Positions 48,901-64,000 of a DNA stretch of 64,000 nucleotides are shown here, in pieces. The number at the start of each line of letters is the position of its first letter. Position 1 is the first letter of the stretch. Position numbers and translations under genes: made by a program. The notes beneath the pieces were generated by a model. That model was not told the origin of the DNA. It ran no database searches and saw only the letters and a list, made by a program, of their open reading frames with translations. The stretch is taken from assembly GCF_037042905.1 (NCBI RefSeq), contig NC_087255.1, forward strand, positions 33,170,001 through 33,234,000, given 5' to 3'. The DNA comes from Lytechinus pictus (Eukaryota).

Positions 48901-50979
48901 CCAGTTACATGATTTCTTCCAATCTTAAGTTACAGTATGTATGCACATGAAAAGAAATTAAGCTCATCAGTTCACAAATGAAACATTAAACATTTATGCT
49001 CATGAATAGTTATCTGTTTAGGCATTTTGATGTTCAGCAATATATATCATATATATATATATATATATATATTCTTGTTTAATGGTAAAGTGTTTACTTT
49101 AATCATCAAATTGTTGAGTATATGCCTATTTACTAACAAGAATATATATATTCACGACCTTATAAATCGCTCGAATACATTATTTGATGCATGTTTTGGA
49201 TTCCTCTCTGAATTTCCTAATTAATGGTACCTGTTTCATGAAAATTGATCAACACGTTACGACGCAGTGGCCATTGAAAGTTGAAGGTCACGCCAATTTT
49301 TGTCAAAACAAGGAGAAAAGGGCGGGCCGTAGCGCGAGAACCGACGGACCAATTGGACTTTTTTTTTTTTTTTGTGCGTGGGCCATTGTGAATTTTATGT
49401 GTACCAATTTACAACGAATTCCGAGAGGGTCGGGTGCAAAATTGCACATTCATTGGGTGAATTGGCATGGAATGACCCATATACTCTACTGCGCTTGATA
49501 CTTGGTATCATATAATTACCCCGGCTATAGCTCAGTCGCCATATATAGGCGCTAAAGCATTCAAGGAATAAATCCTACCAGGTACACATTCACCTCACAT
49601 GGGTCGAGTGCAGCACAATGTGGGTGAATTTCTTGCTGAAGGAAAACACGCCATGGATGTGATTCGAACCCACATCCCTCTGGTTGAAAGACGAGTGTCA
49701 TAACCACTAGACCACGACGCCCCCATCTGTGTATGTTACTTATGTACAATGAATGATGTTCTGCACTCTGCAGAAAGTAACAGGAAAGGCTTTATACAAG
49801 AATTAAACATATGATCACAAATGCAACCACAATCTGAATGAGAAAATATGCAAAGCTTTATTAAAGAATAAAAGAGTTTATTAAATTAAATACCTACCTA
49901 GGAACAAATCAACTGCATTTAGTTGTCTCAGGTACTCATAGTTTATTGGATCATAGGCAAAGTTAGCCAAATTAGCCAGCACCTGTTCTCGGCAACCTAA
50001 GATTATAAGGAAATGAAAAGGAACATCAAAGAAGGGGATATGATTTAGTGAGCAATAAGAAGAGTCTCAGGATCTGTGTCCACCTAAAACGGGAGTTGAG
50101 GCACTAGCTGCAAAAAAATGAGAGCTATAATTGAATTATATTCAGGCAAATTTCTTTTTTAATTGTGCTTTTTTTAAGTATTGACATTCAAATTCAAAAC
50201 TGACATACATTGTACATGCAGTACTTATCATGAGAAAATAAGCAAAGACCTGCCCACAATGACAAATTTTTTCAGTCACTCACTTGCATCATGTGCATGG
50301 CCGGTGCTGTGGGAGGACACACTAAAATGTAAACTTTTTCAGACTTTTATAGTAGTTTTAACAGGCATGACAGGGTTTATTTTGCAATCTACACTCCAAG
50401 CACACAAACTTTAAAAAAAATTACATAGCAAAGAACTATTACAAAAAAATTTATGTCAAGGTGTTTGGTTATATAATGGTTGCTGATTTATTATTTTTTT
50501 TAATCTAACAATATCAAATAGTGTCTAAGAAGTGTTTCCTGAGCAATTTTGCTTTCTTGGTCTTTATACCTTTATACCGCATCTACTGGAAAAATACAGT
50601 TGTTCCTGCATAGCTGCAGTCAAGTTTTGGAAATGAAATGTTAACATTACTAAGTAGATGTTTTAAAAATAAAAAAAGTATAAATTTCCTGAAAACAAAA
50701 TGTATAAAAGACCATTCACAAATCTTAATAATTTGCTAGGGTGGGTATACAAAACAGAACAGGCCAGGTCTTTCTCAAAGTTTTAAAACTTTTAAAGTAA
50801 ATTTAGGCCAGTTTCACTTTCGATTTTTAAACTTGCTGGGGAGTTAGTTTAACACCAGTTTACCTACCATCGTCCTCAGTCTGTTGAAACTCTATCATCA
50901 AGTTCTGTAGATGTTGTAATCTCCCAATTCCATGTTGAAGTGGTGTACGAGCTTCCAGTCGATCCCTTGACTGAAACAT
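45864..50979 (-). CDS. ARMC7: Armadillo repeat-containing protein 7 (minor-spliceosome factor), 205 aa
   Basis: Exons 50979-50868, 49996-49898, 48098-48030, 47455-47389, 46970-46900, 46259-46168, 45971-45864 (618 nt, all GT-AG). Diagnostic segments [71 protein letters not shown]. Confidence 0.93.
48325..49724 (-). mobile_element. tRNA-derived SINE, interrupted near its 3' end by a TIR element
   Basis: Minus strand begins ggggcgtcgtggtctagtggtt (A box) ... ggttcgaatc (B box), then a body, then a tail gcgctatataaat plus (TAT)n at about 48325-48350. A related 3' fragment lies on + at about 14795-14875. Confidence 0.8.
48371..49478. mobile_element. Long-TIR (~320 bp) non-autonomous DNA transposon inside the SINE, ARMC7 intron 2
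   Basis: 48371-48688 is the inverted complement of about 49153-49478 (gggtcattc...gaatgaccc). The supplied ORFs 48357-48656(-) and 49184-49498(+) give near-identical translations for this reason. Confidence 0.85.
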
Positions 50980-63273
<12,294 letters not shown>

Positions 63274-64000
63274 GTAAGTTCTCAAGTATTGTATCCTCTG
63301 GAAGAGTTTCTACATGCATTGCAAGTAGAAATAAAATGCATCTCTAATTGCTTCGTGCAAAAGCAACTCATTTGTATAGATTGACCTCAATGCATTACTT
63401 AAAAGGAAGAGGGCAACCACTCTTCTAAATGTAGGTTTGGGTTGAAGTTTCTCCATGGCAAAAAGAAAAATCATCGTCCAAAAACTTACAGTACATTTTC
63501 ATGTAATATGCCAATTCAAAGTTCAATTCAAAATTTATTTCAATCAATCATAAAAATACAAATTAGATAAAAACATGGGTTTGGGAGCCCCTGGAAGTTT
63601 TCATTTAAAAAACTTGTTGTGGGTGGGACTCCACTATGATACAATTAAATACAAATATAAGACATACATAAAGAGTAAACAACAAATAACGTTGAAATAT
63701 AATCTAAAAAAAAAAAAAGAAACAATGGGCTAATATAGGAGAAATAAACAAGCAAGCAAGAAGTAATGATTTTAAATCATAGTGACCTACAGTGTGCTAT
63801 TGGATTTTCATACTGAGAGAAGGAAGGTGCTCTTTAAAAACTGAAAAGTTGTTATCATGAGGTTGAAGGTAATTTATGAAGAAAGAACTTTTCAATTTTT
63901 AAAGAGCCCCTTCCTTCTTTGGGAAATTTGTGATAGAGAGAGATTCATATCCTATGTGTTTGCCTCCTGGAAACATGTTTGAGACTTATTCTGTGATATT

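Noticed and set aside
49645-49724. tRNA gene on the minus strand
   Set aside because: A and B boxes are present but there is no clean acceptor stem, and the sequence continues into a SINE body and tail.

Overview
Eukaryotic, AT-rich, intron-rich animal genomic DNA. It is most likely an invertebrate deuterostome such as a sea urchin, inferred from gene structure and repeat style and not proven. Five protein-coding genes were rebuilt by hand from GT-AG splice sites and frame continuity. (1) A 10-exon, 503-aa type-I membrane mucin-like protein (+, 4162-16743). (2) A single-coding-exon 742-aa protein with a symmetric tandem-Tudor / TIR / TIR / tandem-Tudor architecture (-, 18501-20729). (3) Ribosomal protein eL37/RPL37 (+, 31049-39872). 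(4) ARMC7 (-, 45864-50979). (5) The AMPK catalytic alpha subunit (+, from 51483/51504, running off the window), head-to-head with ARMC7. Introns and intergenic DNA are crowded with non-autonomous DNA transposons, often nested (hAT with 8-bp TSDs, Mutator-like with 9-bp TSDs, TTAA piggyBac/Kolobok-like, Harbinger-like), plus a tRNA-derived SINE and satellites. The best candidate for an undescribed system is the Tudor-TIR-TIR-Tudor gene: methyl-reader-like domains fused to an enzymatic-type TIR that keeps the catalytic Glu. Also notable are the RPL37-AMPKa microsynteny shared with human, Mutator-like elements in two first introns carrying outward-facing splice donors, and a structured intronic RNA candidate in RPL37. 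Nearly all short ORFs in the supplied track are spurious.
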